Positions 21,017-31,145 of a stretch of 64,000 nucleotides of DNA are shown one piece after another. How positions within the stretch are numbered: position 1 is the first letter of the stretch; each line of letters starts with the position of its first letter. The notes beneath the pieces are model-generated. The model worked only from the letters and a program-made list of their open reading frames with translations, was not told the origin of the DNA and made no database searches. The stretch is from Promethearchaeota archaeon (GTDB lineage Archaea > Asgardarchaeota > Lokiarchaeia > Sigyniarchaeales > SOKP01): the NCBI GenBank assembly GCA_019057865.1, contig JAHLWP010000003.1:32001-96000 (forward strand). Reading direction: 5' to 3'. Position numbers and translations under genes: made by a program.

Positions 21017-22480
21017 CTAAATATACGTATGAATTAAATCAATAAGATTCTTTGAAAAATTTGGTAGGTTTTTCTCAATTTTTTCTACATCAAGAGTCTT
21101 TTCTATAAAGAGAAGTAAATACAAATTGTACTTTTCGACAGTTATCTTTTTAAAGATTATTTTCTTGGATTCATCAGTTATGCCTGATGAAATAATAAAA
21201 TCTTTCTTCAATAATTTAAATTCTTTGAATGTTTTATATAAAGTTTCAAAATGAGGTGCTGAAATTTCAAATACCTTCTCGTAAATTTCAGATTTTGAAT
21301 AGGTTGATAATATAATACCATTTTCATTTAGCAATAATATTGAATCTGAGTTTATTTTCTTCGCGAATTTTCTTAATTGATTCCTAAACAATTCCCGGTT
21401 TGGACTTAACTGTGATAAACCATAAGAGTAAGCAGTAATTAATGACCAATGATCAAAAATAGATGTCTGAAAAATTTTTATGAAAAAAGTATCAGTATTT
21501 TCGTTGATTTCATCTGCTATAACTTCTAAACTTTTAAATATTTCTTTAGAACCTTTCAAATCTGGATCAAATTTATTTAAACAAACTACAATTGGTGGAT
21601 ACTCATCTAATTCTTTCAATGAATTCAATATATTTTTAAATAGAGATAATGCCTCCTTAATTCTTTCAATATCCTGTATATCAATAAAAAAGAACATCAA
21701 GTCAATATTATATATATAAACCTTTCCTTGTTGAAGGAATCTTTCTCTATATTGTTTTTGTCCTCCTAAATCCCAAATAGTAATAGTAGAGTTTTGTTCC
21801 TCAAAAATCTTTTCTTCTGTCCTATCAACTCCTTTAGTAGGAAGTGATTTGATAATTTCGGAGTATTTTCTCTTTACTCCATAAAGAAAACTTGTTTTAC
21901 CAGCTTTATCGAGGCCTGTTAATAAAATTTTTATCTGTTTTTTAAGAGAAAAAGGATCTTTTAATTCTTTAGTAAATTCAAACAAATCTGCTCTCAAATT
22001 AGCCAAAATCTCCTTATATTCACTAGAATTATTAGAATCTTGTATTCTTGTAGCTGCTCTATCAATAATAATCCGTAAATATTTCATATTTTCATAGAAA
22101 AATACCTTATCGTCTTCATTTATTAAAATTGTGATTGTTGATGCTAGAGCTTGACCCCGCGCTTTTGCTTCAGGGATCAAAAAAAAGTAAGTTAATCCGT
22201 TTAACTTTAAATCAGGAAAGGGTAGGATTCCAAAGTAATTAATCCCTTCTGTTCCAGTTCCGTCCTGATAAGTGCTCTCTCCCATTAAAAGTGAGATTGT
22301 TTTCATTGCGATGGAGAAACGGGCTTTATCATCTAACTCTTGAGGCCAGACTAATTTTGGAGTAGGGCCATTCTCATCAAAAATACTTAAAACAATTGAT
22401 TTTATTATGTTCTCTTTCTTATCATTTGGCTTTTCTTCAGTTGCTTTACTTTTCTTCGATTTTAAATTTGATTTAGGCAA
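21017..22480 (-). CDS. uDENN/longin + Rag/Arf-like small GTPase + roadblock-like C-terminal domain
   Basis: IVLSIFDENGPTP longin start; GLDKAGKTS, PTKG, WDLGGQ, NKFD, TSIFD; ILLLNENGIILS roadblock-like. Confidence 0.85.
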   Translation of the reverse strand: MPKSNLKSKKSKATEEKPNDKKENIIKSIVLSIFDENGPTPKLVWPQELDDKARFSIAMKTISLLMGESTYQDGTGTEGINYFGILPFPDLKLNGLTYFFLIPEAKARGQALASTITILINEDDKVFFYENMKYLRIIIDRAATRIQDSNNSSEYKEILANLRADLFEFTKELKDPFSLKKQIKILLTGLDKAGKTSFLYGVKRKYSEIIKSLPTKGVDRTEEKIFEEQNSTITIWDLGGQKQYRERFLQQGKVYIYNIDLMFFFIDIQDIERIKEALSLFKNILNSLKELDEYPPIVVCLNKFDPDLKGSKEIFKSLEVIADEINENTDTFFIKIFQTSIFDHWSLITAYSYGLSQLSPNRELFRNQLRKFAKKINSDSILLLNENGIILSTYSKSEIYEKVFEISAPHFETLYKTFKEFKLLKKDFIISSGITDESKKIIFKKITVEKYNLYLLLFIEKTLDVEKIEKNLPNFSKNLIDLIHTYI

Positions 22481-22603
22481 TTTATCCCCAGTTATATAAT
22501 TAAAAGAGCATGAATTTAATTCATAATATTATACTAATATACCTAAGATAATTATTACTATTAAATTATCTTTTTTCGAAAAAATTAAGGGTTTATAATT
22601 TTA

Positions 22604-24412
22604 TTAAGGAAAAAATTTCAAACATGCTATTTTTGAGGTGTTACAAATCTTTTTTACGAAATCTTTTAAATTTATATTGTTTTTATCAAGTTCATTAAGG
22701 GAAATTTGTTCAAAAATTTCATTTTGAATTAATGGGTGGAATTCTCCTTGCTTAATTACTTTCTCATATAAATCAAATTCTATATTATCTCGAAAATGAG
22801 CAGAATTAGTATAATATTTTCTTTTTCCTTTAGAATAAGGTATTGCTAATTTTGGAAAATGTTTTAAATCTAATCTGACAAATCTATTTAATGCTTTTTT
22901 TGATGAATTTTCAATAAGCGAATAATTTTTACCTTCTTTAGAAGATAGTTCTTCACAAGTTTGAATCATTTTCTTTAAAATTTTCTTTCCTAAATTATAT
23001 GCTTCGGAATGATCATGTAATTCATAATCGGTTAGAATTTTCACTGCTTCATTTAAGCCGACAAAACTTATTGATAAATTTTGGTTTTTCAAATCAAAAA
23101 GATGGTGATTATTAATAAAACCACTACAAAAAGGCAAATGATTTGTGTTCAATCTTTTTCTTATTATATCATATTTTTTTAATAATATAACAGAGCAAAA
23201 CTTCATTTTTTCCTCTAAGATTTCCATATATTGATCTTCTTCCTTCGCGATATAGGCAAATCTTGGTAGATTTAAACAAATACTTTGTAGTACCCCAATA
23301 TTAGAGCTATTAAGTAAATTTATTTGATTTTTTAATTTAGTTTTAAACCAATTAGAACATAAATTTAGAAGATAAGGTGTTTTCACTTTTTTGATCTCTT
23401 CCCAAACCTTTGAATAGGCTGATTCAAAATCATCTAACGATTTTTCAGTAAAAAATATTTGATGTTTTAAAAAATTAAATGAATTACTTAAAAAATCTCC
23501 TTTAATAAAGACGTTAGTAAGAGTATTAAATAGTTTTAAACATTCATCATTATAATCGCCATATACCCCTTTGATTTTTCCATGGGGACCTATTGCAGGA
23601 TATTCGGAGAGATCTTCAAGGATAAATGGTGAAGTTGATATAAATGTTTTTGAGATATTACGACCAATTATTGTGGGCAATTGATTAAATTCATAGACTA
23701 ATTCCCGTATTCCATTAGTTATTTGTTCGTTAGATAAACCCTTTATATAAGGAGCAAGATAAGTAGTGATAGCAGGAAATCCTTGATTCCCACAAAATTC
23801 ACTTTGAATTAAGCTTAACCAATTGGAAAGGTGCTGAATTGCAATGTTAAAATTATCAGCTGGTCCTGATTTACAACATGTAATCTTATTTATTATAGGA
23901 GGTATACCATTCTTTAAGATTATTCGTGGATCCCAGATTTGACTTAGTGGTCTTAAGTCAAAATATTTAAGTTTATTAATATGGATATCTCCATATAAAT
24001 GCGCTTTAGCCTCATTATCATCTAAAATTCTTAATAATGTGTATTCTTCAGCTAATTGATCTGCTGCCCAATTATGTACTTTTTCAGGATTAATCACCTC
24101 TTTAGTAAAGGGTTTACGTCCTTTTTCAAGAATTTCTTCATAATCCATTAGTGGCATACCAATACGGGTATAAAGTTTTCGTTCTTGCTCAAAGTGATTC
24201 TCTGAAAGCATTGAACAAACTATTTCTCTTATATGGGGGCCAGAAAGAAATTTTATGCCTGAACTTATTATTCTCCGTACTACAAGCTCTGTTATATGCT
24301 TAGCATCTTCTTCACTCATTTTTGTTTCTTTAATAATGCTATTAATAATTTTTGAGGGATCAAATTCAGCCATGTCACCCTCTGTTCGAAATACTTTAGG
24401 TAATAAATCCAT
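22604..24412 (-). CDS. ATP-cone-containing NrdD-like protein lacking catalytic motifs
   Basis: ATP cone (FDPSKI..IREIV), AHLYGDIHI, LNLPRFAY, FVGLNEAV, YYTNS; no MGCR loop, zinc site or RxxGY glycyl-radical motif. Confidence 0.8.
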   Translation of the reverse strand: MDLLPKVFRTEGDMAEFDPSKIINSIIKETKMSEEDAKHITELVVRRIISSGIKFLSGPHIREIVCSMLSENHFEQERKLYTRIGMPLMDYEEILEKGRKPFTKEVINPEKVHNWAADQLAEEYTLLRILDDNEAKAHLYGDIHINKLKYFDLRPLSQIWDPRIILKNGIPPIINKITCCKSGPADNFNIAIQHLSNWLSLIQSEFCGNQGFPAITTYLAPYIKGLSNEQITNGIRELVYEFNQLPTIIGRNISKTFISTSPFILEDLSEYPAIGPHGKIKGVYGDYNDECLKLFNTLTNVFIKGDFLSNSFNFLKHQIFFTEKSLDDFESAYSKVWEEIKKVKTPYLLNLCSNWFKTKLKNQINLLNSSNIGVLQSICLNLPRFAYIAKEEDQYMEILEEKMKFCSVILLKKYDIIRKRLNTNHLPFCSGFINNHHLFDLKNQNLSISFVGLNEAVKILTDYELHDHSEAYNLGKKILKKMIQTCEELSSKEGKNYSLIENSSKKALNRFVRLDLKHFPKLAIPYSKGKRKYYTNSAHFRDNIEFDLYEKVIKQGEFHPLIQNEIFEQISLNELDKNNINLKDFVKKICNTSKIACLKFFP

Positions 24413-24712
24413 AATAAGCCTTTAAATGGTTTTTTTTAGTATAATATTCTTTTTCTTGAATTATAATATTCAAGAGACTTAAAAAAAAATATTATTAACT
24501 GATTAAATTGGAATTATTTATTATATAATTTTTAAGTATGCTGGAAGCTTCCTATAAATAGAATTAACCTATGAATTTTTGTCGTACCATACAATAACGC
24601 TTCAAAAAAAGATTCTTTTTAGGGTTTCTGTTTTAAAAAAATTAAAATAATAGTTAATTAAAATTTCGATACTCCCTTTGCTTTATTTTAATGCAATACA
24701 CTCTTCTGACTT

Positions 24713-25516
24713 ATGTTAAAAATATTGCCGGAGACATTTTTAAAAAAATTGTTTATCGAAATATATAATATTTTAAAAAAAACTGAAAAAGCAGCAACTG
24801 AAATATGGTGTGAAGCTTCAGAAATAGATTTTTTTAAGAGATTTAATGACTATGAACTCAGAGATTTTTTAAATTTTTTTGAATTTCTCTCAATTCAAAA
24901 AGGGAAATATTTAGATTACATTGTAATTAATAAAATTTTATTTGTTATGGAATCTGTCAGAATTTTACAATTTGACATTAAAGACGTTTCAGTATTGTTA
25001 GATTATAAAGGTTTTGAAACATTAATAAAAGAAATTTTATTGAAAAACAATTATAAAACTACGACAAATTTTAGGTTTTCAGATAAATCCAATTTTAAAT
25101 CAAAAACTTTACAAAAAAGATATGAAATTGATGTCATAGGTATTTATTTAAATTATGTATTGGTTATTGATGCTAAACAATGGAAACACAAAGATTCGTA
25201 TAGTTCATTAAATAAAGCAGCCAATTTACAATATCAACGTGTTTTAGCTTTGAAGAAAAATCAAGATGCTTTTTCTAAATTAATTCAAAAACTTATGGGT
25301 ACAAATCTTAGTTTAAAAAGAAATTTACCTTTAATATTAATACCTATCATGGTCACAATTGAGGATAATTTTATCAAAATAAATGATAATCAAGTACCTC
25401 TAGTTTCAATATATGAATTGAATTCTTTTTTACAAGAAATACCTAATAACATAGAGTATTTTAAGAAAGTTATGATCTATAAGGTTTCTATACAAAAACA
25501 ACTGTTAAAATTGTAG
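24713..25516 (+). CDS. PD-(D/E)xK nuclease-fold protein (Mrr/NERD-like)
   Basis: DYKGFETLIKEIL...EIDVIG...VIDAKQW. Confidence 0.8.
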   Translation: MLKILPETFLKKLFIEIYNILKKTEKAATEIWCEASEIDFFKRFNDYELRDFLNFFEFLSIQKGKYLDYIVINKILFVMESVRILQFDIKDVSVLLDYKGFETLIKEILLKNNYKTTTNFRFSDKSNFKSKTLQKRYEIDVIGIYLNYVLVIDAKQWKHKDSYSSLNKAANLQYQRVLALKKNQDAFSKLIQKLMGTNLSLKRNLPLILIPIMVTIEDNFIKINDNQVPLVSIYELNSFLQEIPNNIEYFKKVMIYKVSIQKQLLKL

Positions 25517-25624
25517 AACCTTAGCCACAATCTCCAAATTTTTCCTTCCATGTTAAAAATATTAATAATATAGTTTATCTGCTTAAATTTCAAAAAATTA
25601 AAAGGAGTTTAGTTCAAATAAATA

Positions 25625-26566
25625 TTAACTTTTTATACCTAAATATTCTATAAGCTGTTTTTTAACAATATTTGCTGCGAAATTAATAATTCCACTTTTA
25701 GCTTTTGGATATGAGTAAATGACTAAAATCATATCTTTAATGCTTTGAGATTCTTTACCAATTGGAGCTAAATCTAAGACTCCTTCTGTCCCTCTTACTG
25801 ATATAGACTTTAAAGAACCAGCACTTAAACCATTAATAATATCTGCTCCAATTTGATTTAAGGTTTGACCAATAGTAGCAAATAACGTATCAGAAATTCT
25901 ATTTGATAAAGCTGATGCCAATATTGTTCCATCACTCTTTATAATTGCGGAAGCTTCGATATGAAGGTCTAATGTTAATAATTGGTTTAAAATTTCATTC
26001 ATACTAGCGGGGGGGATTTTTTCAGTTACTTGTTCTTTTTTAGTTTTAGATTTAGGTGTATCTAATTTTTTTACTGTAATTTTTTTTGATAAGAATCCCA
26101 AAACTTCAGTCATATCCTTCTCCAATTGTTTCTGTTTCATAAGTGTTGATTCAACTTCTGCTTCTGTACTTTTTGGCAATGTTTGAGTTCCTGAAGTTTC
26201 TCCACTCGGATGTAAAATAGAAACGCTATTTGATGCTATAATTGAGCTTCTATAAGGTTGTGGAGTAATCTCTTTCAAAATTTCTCTTTTGTCTTTTAAA
26301 GATTCTTCGCTTTCAGGTACAATAATTGATTCCGCATCTTTATCCATAAAATCTTCTAATATCTCATCTTCCACTTTTGGAATTTCTTGTAAATCTAAAT
26401 CTTTTAATTTCTGTCCTTTCTCTTTTTTCGTTTTAGAAACTGATACGCGCAATCGTGGTGATTTAGAAGAAACTGGAAGTAAAGCCCCACATTTCCTGCA
26501 AAATTTAACATCTTGATTTGTTGCACCGCAATTTTGACAAATAATTATGGCAAATAACGCCTCCAA
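25625..26566 (-). CDS. zinc-ribbon + low-complexity linker + roadblock/LC7 domain protein
   Basis: CQNCG...FCRKCG at the N-terminus; IEASAIIKSDGTILASAL...LKSISVRGTEG roadblock at the C-terminus; exact start uncertain. Confidence 0.8.
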   Translation of the reverse strand: MEALFAIIICQNCGATNQDVKFCRKCGALLPVSSKSPRLRVSVSKTKKEKGQKLKDLDLQEIPKVEDEILEDFMDKDAESIIVPESEESLKDKREILKEITPQPYRSSIIASNSVSILHPSGETSGTQTLPKSTEAEVESTLMKQKQLEKDMTEVLGFLSKKITVKKLDTPKSKTKKEQVTEKIPPASMNEILNQLLTLDLHIEASAIIKSDGTILASALSNRISDTLFATIGQTLNQIGADIINGLSAGSLKSISVRGTEGVLDLAPIGKESQSIKDMILVIYSYPKAKSGIINFAANIVKKQLIEYLGIKS

Positions 26567-26801
26567 ACAAACTATTATTCAATTTAAAAATTTGCTTTTT
26601 TCATTATTAATATAAAAAAAATTCACTATTATTAATGTTCTTAACTATAAATTTTCTTTCCTTTAACAGTACTATGTCCTATATTGTAACCTTAGAAGTT
26701 AATTTGGTTTACATATTAAACAATAAATGAGAAATCTATTAAAATATTCTATTGAAATAAAAATCTCTAACTAAATATAACTATAAATGAAGTAATAAAT
26801 A

Positions 26802-27767
26802 TTATTTGTATAAAATTTCTCTTAATAAACTAGCAAACGTTTCAAAATCTTCTTTCCGGAATATTGGATCTCCTTTAAGTAGAAGTAGATAATAGGGTGT
26901 TAATCCCTTTTTCACTGTGATCTGTTTAAAAATAAAATTTCTTCCAAATCTCTGAACTATCATTCTGTTTTCATATCTTTCTTCCATGACATCAGTGAAT
27001 TCAAATGAATCATTAAGTGTTAAAAAATATGGGGTTGAAGCGGTGAGGAGATGCTTTACTTCATCATCCTTATAATAAGCCCCAATAATAAGAGAATTAT
27101 CGTCAATCACTACTATTCCTTCAGAATTTACTTTTTTAGCAAATTCTTGAATTGTTTTTGCTATTAATTCAGATTTAGGATATAAACTTAAAAGAATTTC
27201 ACTCATTGCTGTTATAATTGAAGAAAAATCATATATCGATGTTTCATAATAAAAAACTTTTTTATAATCTGTGGCTCTTTTAAAATTCTCTTTTAATTCT
27301 AAAATAAGACTAGTCATTTCATTCTTAGCATTTCTTCTTAATGCTGGATCATATTTATGTAAAAATATGTAAATTGGGGGCTCTATTTCTAATTTTCTAA
27401 ATTGTTCAACCACATCTTTAAAATAGCTAATAGCTTCAGAAATCCGTTCTTTATTCTGAATATCTATAACATATATTGCAATTTCTGTTCCATCAAAAAA
27501 TTTACCCGGGCTCTTTAAATATGATATTCTATAGGAAAGTTGCCCTCCTAAATCCCACTCTGATATATCTTTTCCAAGAAAATTGAATATTCTTCTCTGA
27601 GCCCCTCTCGTAGGAGAAAGTAATGCGATCTTAGAAAATTCTCGCTGAAGGCTTAAAATTATTGAAGTTTTCCCCGCTTCATCAAGCCCCGTAAAGAGAA
27701 TCTTATTCTGAACTGGTTTTTCAACCTCTTCTTTTTTCAGGTATAAGATGGATTGACCTTTTTCCAA
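26802..27767 (-). CDS. Rag/Gtr-like small GTPase with C-terminal roadblock-like domain
   Basis: GLDEAGKTS, PTRG, WDLGGQ, HKYD (His in G4 as in Rags), TSIYD; IVVIDDNSLIIG. Confidence 0.85.
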   Translation of the reverse strand: MEKGQSILYLKKEEVEKPVQNKILFTGLDEAGKTSIILSLQREFSKIALLSPTRGAQRRIFNFLGKDISEWDLGGQLSYRISYLKSPGKFFDGTEIAIYVIDIQNKERISEAISYFKDVVEQFRKLEIEPPIYIFLHKYDPALRRNAKNEMTSLILELKENFKRATDYKKVFYYETSIYDFSSIITAMSEILLSLYPKSELIAKTIQEFAKKVNSEGIVVIDDNSLIIGAYYKDDEVKHLLTASTPYFLTLNDSFEFTDVMEERYENRMIVQRFGRNFIFKQITVKKGLTPYYLLLLKGDPIFRKEDFETFASLLREILYK

Positions 27768-27945
27768 AATAATTTCACCTATGAAATCATTAATGTAATT
27801 TATAAATATATTCTTTTGTAAGATAAAAAATTATATTATTATTTATTTAAGTTTCGCATTAAAAGTTATTATGTAAAAATAGCTAAAAATATTGATAATC
27901 AAAAAACCCATTGAATTGCTAAATCCTTTCCTATTTTGAATAGAT

Positions 27946-28506
27946 TCAAAACTTATTAGTAAAACTTAAATTTTTTCTATATGCAGGTTTTTCCAATATC
28001 TCAATTACTTTCTTAATTGCTTCTTGAGGTGTTTCTGCTCCATAAATTATATCTATTCGCCTATCATCTAATTTCTGATTAGCTATTTTTGAAGACCATC
28101 CTTCACAACTAGTTAAAGCAACAATAGGTTTTTGATATATCCAGGCAAAACAAATTTCTGATAATGTACCTGCCTTACCACTAATAGCTATGCAAGCATC
28201 ACCAGTTAAAACAACAACTATATTTCTAGCTTGAGAAAAGGGGCATGGGATTACTATATCAATATATTTATTAGCAACACTTTTTTCTGCATGTGGAATA
28301 ATACCAATAGTTAATCCATTTTCTTCTTTTGCACCCTTACAAACAGCTTCCATAACACCTGATAATCCTCCACATGCTACAATATATTTACTTTTTGCGA
28401 TTAATTTTCCAATTTCAAATGCCATTTTCTCTGTTTCTTTATCAGTTTCACTAGCACCAACTACTGATATAATTCCTTTAAATTCTTTTTTAAAATCAAA
28501 ATTCAT
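27946..28506 (-). CDS. LOG-like Rossmann-fold protein (TIGR00725-type)
   Basis: ISVVGAS, CGGLSGVMEAVCKGA, ARNIVVV, GTLSEI. Confidence 0.88.
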   Translation of the reverse strand: MNFDFKKEFKGIISVVGASETDKETEKMAFEIGKLIAKSKYIVACGGLSGVMEAVCKGAKEENGLTIGIIPHAEKSVANKYIDIVIPCPFSQARNIVVVLTGDACIAISGKAGTLSEICFAWIYQKPIVALTSCEGWSSKIANQKLDDRRIDIIYGAETPQEAIKKVIEILEKPAYRKNLSFTNKF

Positions 28507-28566
28507 TATCTTAGACTCCTTAGCAAATATTCTCAGTTTTTATAAACAATTATGACTATTATATTT

Positions 28567-29526
28567 TTAAAATTTGAATATTTCTATAGATTTTTGACCA
28601 TCATTAATTTTTAACTTTTTTTCTTTAATAATTTCACCAATAACTCTTGCTTCTAAACCACAATTGCTAAAAATTTCAAGAATTTTATCACAATTAGCTT
28701 TTGGAGCAGTTATTACAAATGATGTTGTTAAATACATTTTTATATAAGTTTCTAAATTATATTGTGCTTCTAGAAGTTTTGGAGGGACATTGATATTATT
28801 AATATTAACATCTGCTCCAACATTCGAATATTTTGTCAATTGTAATAGAGTTCCAAATATTCCTCCATTTGAAATATCTTTTGAAGAATTTGCAAGATGT
28901 ACTTCACCAATCAGATTCATAGATTTACGTTTGTTTAGAATTTCTTCTGAACTTTTAAAAGTCACTGTATCCCAATATAATTTGCTAGCTTTCCCAACTT
29001 TTCCATCAAAATCTACAACTAATATTATAGAATCATTTATTTTAGCATTAATAGCTGATAGATAATTTTCCTTCTTTATTTCTCCAATCATTGTAGAGCT
29101 TAATTCATAGCATTTCCCATGAATATTAGTATGACCTCTTATAATCGGAACTTTAAATTTTTTAGAACCCTCACATATTCCATCAAGCAAACTATTACAT
29201 GTTTTTACATCTTCTACAGAAATAATAATACTAGCAGCTAAAGGAGTACCTCCACAAGCATAAATATCATCAACTCCGACAAGTATAGACGAAAATCCTG
29301 CACCAAATGGGAATTTTTCAACAAAGGTTGTCTTAATTCTATCTGTTGTTATTAATATGAATTTATCATCAGCTTTTATTGATGCTGAATCTTCTCCTAT
29401 ATCTGAAAAGATATTTGTACTTTTAAATGAGTTATTATCTATATGCTGAATTATAGGATTTATCTCAATTTTTTCTATGATATTTTTATTACTTCTGATG
29501 CTTTCTGCTATTTTTTTAAGAACCAT
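28567..29526 (-). CDS. AIR synthase-related (PurM/ThiL/HypE superfamily) protein, methanogenesis marker 2-like
   Basis: GEDSA, VDDIYACGGTP, PIIRGHT, SKDISNGGIFGTL. Confidence 0.8.
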   Translation of the reverse strand: MVLKKIAESIRSNKNIIEKIEINPIIQHIDNNSFKSTNIFSDIGEDSASIKADDKFILITTDRIKTTFVEKFPFGAGFSSILVGVDDIYACGGTPLAASIIISVEDVKTCNSLLDGICEGSKKFKVPIIRGHTNIHGKCYELSSTMIGEIKKENYLSAINAKINDSIILVVDFDGKVGKASKLYWDTVTFKSSEEILNKRKSMNLIGEVHLANSSKDISNGGIFGTLLQLTKYSNVGADVNINNINVPPKLLEAQYNLETYIKMYLTTSFVITAPKANCDKILEIFSNCGLEARVIGEIIKEKKLKINDGQKSIEIFKF

Positions 29527-29620
29527 CTATTATTCTAAAATAAAGCTATTTATAATTAATTTTGCTTAAGTTATATATAGAGAGATTAATAATTTAGAAA
29601 TAAAAAAGAAATTTTAAACA

Positions 29621-31123
29621 ATGGAAGAATTATTTGAATATTCAGTTATTAAGGGTCTTGTTTTTAGTACCTATGATAAGTTAGGTCCTCAACCATTTTA
29701 TATGTTTCCTGAATTTATCAGTGAGATTGAGTTTAAAGAGCATTCTGCAGAAATTAATGAGAAAAATCTATTCAAACTAACCTTGCGCGATTATACCCAA
29801 ATTTCAATAAAAAATTTAAGCTTATTTATAAGTGATAGAAAAATATCGAATGATGATGATTTCCAAAGCGTACAATATTTCGCAATTCTACCTCATCCTG
29901 ATTTTAATGCAACGTCATTAACATTTTTTCATTATATAAAAACTAATTTTACTGAATCTCCTCTTGCTAATAGTTTTTCTATATTGGTTGATGAAAATAG
30001 TAGAAGTTTTCTATATAATAATATAAATAGGATAAAACCACTAATTATAGAATTTTTTACTGAATTTGATAAAGAATTATTTAATGGTTATAAAAAAAAG
30101 GAAGAAATTGAACCCCTGTTTAAAAACTTGTTAAAAAAGTTAATTGAAATTGAAAAAGCACCATCAACAATTATAACCAGTAAAAGAAAAATGAAAATTT
30201 TATTTTCAGGACTCGATGATTCCGGAAAAACTTCATTTCTGTTATCAGTTGACCGTAAATACTCGAAATTAATTGGTTTAAAGCAGACAGCTGGAGCTAA
30301 AGTGAATTCTATTAAAGCTCTTGGAGCAACAATATTTTTATGGGATTTAGGTGGCCAATTAATTTATAGAAAAAGGTATCTTAGCAAAGCTCATATTTAT
30401 TTATATGAAGCAGATTTATTATTTTACTTTATTGATATTAAAAATAGAGATAGATTCGAAGAAAGTATTGATTATTTACTGAATATTAAAAAAATTCTAA
30501 ATGAATATAATCAACAAACACCAATAATATATATTTTGTCAAAAGGGGATTCAGATATATTAAATTCTGATGAAATCCAAGAAAATGCCAGAATTATAAA
30601 AAAAAAATTAAGAGAAATCAATCTTGACGATTCTCTTGAAATCTATATAACGAGCATTTTTCAAATTTTTACAATTTTAAGAGCATTTTCTTCAGGTATT
30701 TCAAAGTTAAGTCCAAATAGAGAGATAATCAATTTTAATCTTAAAACCTTTTCTATGAAAACAAATGTTTATTTAACATTATTATTAAGTACGGATGGTT
30801 TAGTTCTTGCCGATTTCTATTCTTCTGAAGCAAAAAAATTGATTGAAATTCCTGAATCTGAACTTATTAATGTTTTTGAGATTACAGCACCTCAGTTTGC
30901 AATTATATATAAAATATTTTCTAAATTTAAGACTTTACAAAAAGAAGAAGCAATTTTTAAAGTGGCTGATTCTGTAATTATCTTTAAAAAAATTAATATT
31001 ACTGATAATAATATGTTCATTTTATTTTTAGTTGATGATGAATCTAAAGAAGAACTAATTAATGAGCAATTAGACCATTTCTTAGATTACACTAAAGATT
31101 TACTCTTAAGATATATTTCCTAA
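29621..31123 (+). CDS. uDENN/longin + Rag/Arf-like small GTPase + roadblock-like domain (paralogue of 21017..22480)
   Basis: LVFSTYDKLGPQP; GLDDSGKTS, WDLGGQ, degenerate G4 SKGD, TSIFQ; SKLSPNRE and FEITAPQF shared with the paralogue. Confidence 0.85.
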   Translation: MEELFEYSVIKGLVFSTYDKLGPQPFYMFPEFISEIEFKEHSAEINEKNLFKLTLRDYTQISIKNLSLFISDRKISNDDDFQSVQYFAILPHPDFNATSLTFFHYIKTNFTESPLANSFSILVDENSRSFLYNNINRIKPLIIEFFTEFDKELFNGYKKKEEIEPLFKNLLKKLIEIEKAPSTIITSKRKMKILFSGLDDSGKTSFLLSVDRKYSKLIGLKQTAGAKVNSIKALGATIFLWDLGGQLIYRKRYLSKAHIYLYEADLLFYFIDIKNRDRFEESIDYLLNIKKILNEYNQQTPIIYILSKGDSDILNSDEIQENARIIKKKLREINLDDSLEIYITSIFQIFTILRAFSSGISKLSPNREIINFNLKTFSMKTNVYLTLLLSTDGLVLADFYSSEAKKLIEIPESELINVFEITAPQFAIIYKIFSKFKTLQKEEAIFKVADSVIIFKKINITDNNMFILFLVDDESKEELINEQLDHFLDYTKDLLLRYIS

Positions 31124-31145
31124 GAAATATAGGATAAATATAACA

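Noticed and set aside
22604-24412. Calling this a functional nrdD
   Set aside because: The catalytic Cys loop and glycyl-radical motif are absent
24713-25516. Restriction-modification or defence island
   Set aside because: It is a lone nuclease-fold gene with no DNA methyltransferase or mobility genes nearby
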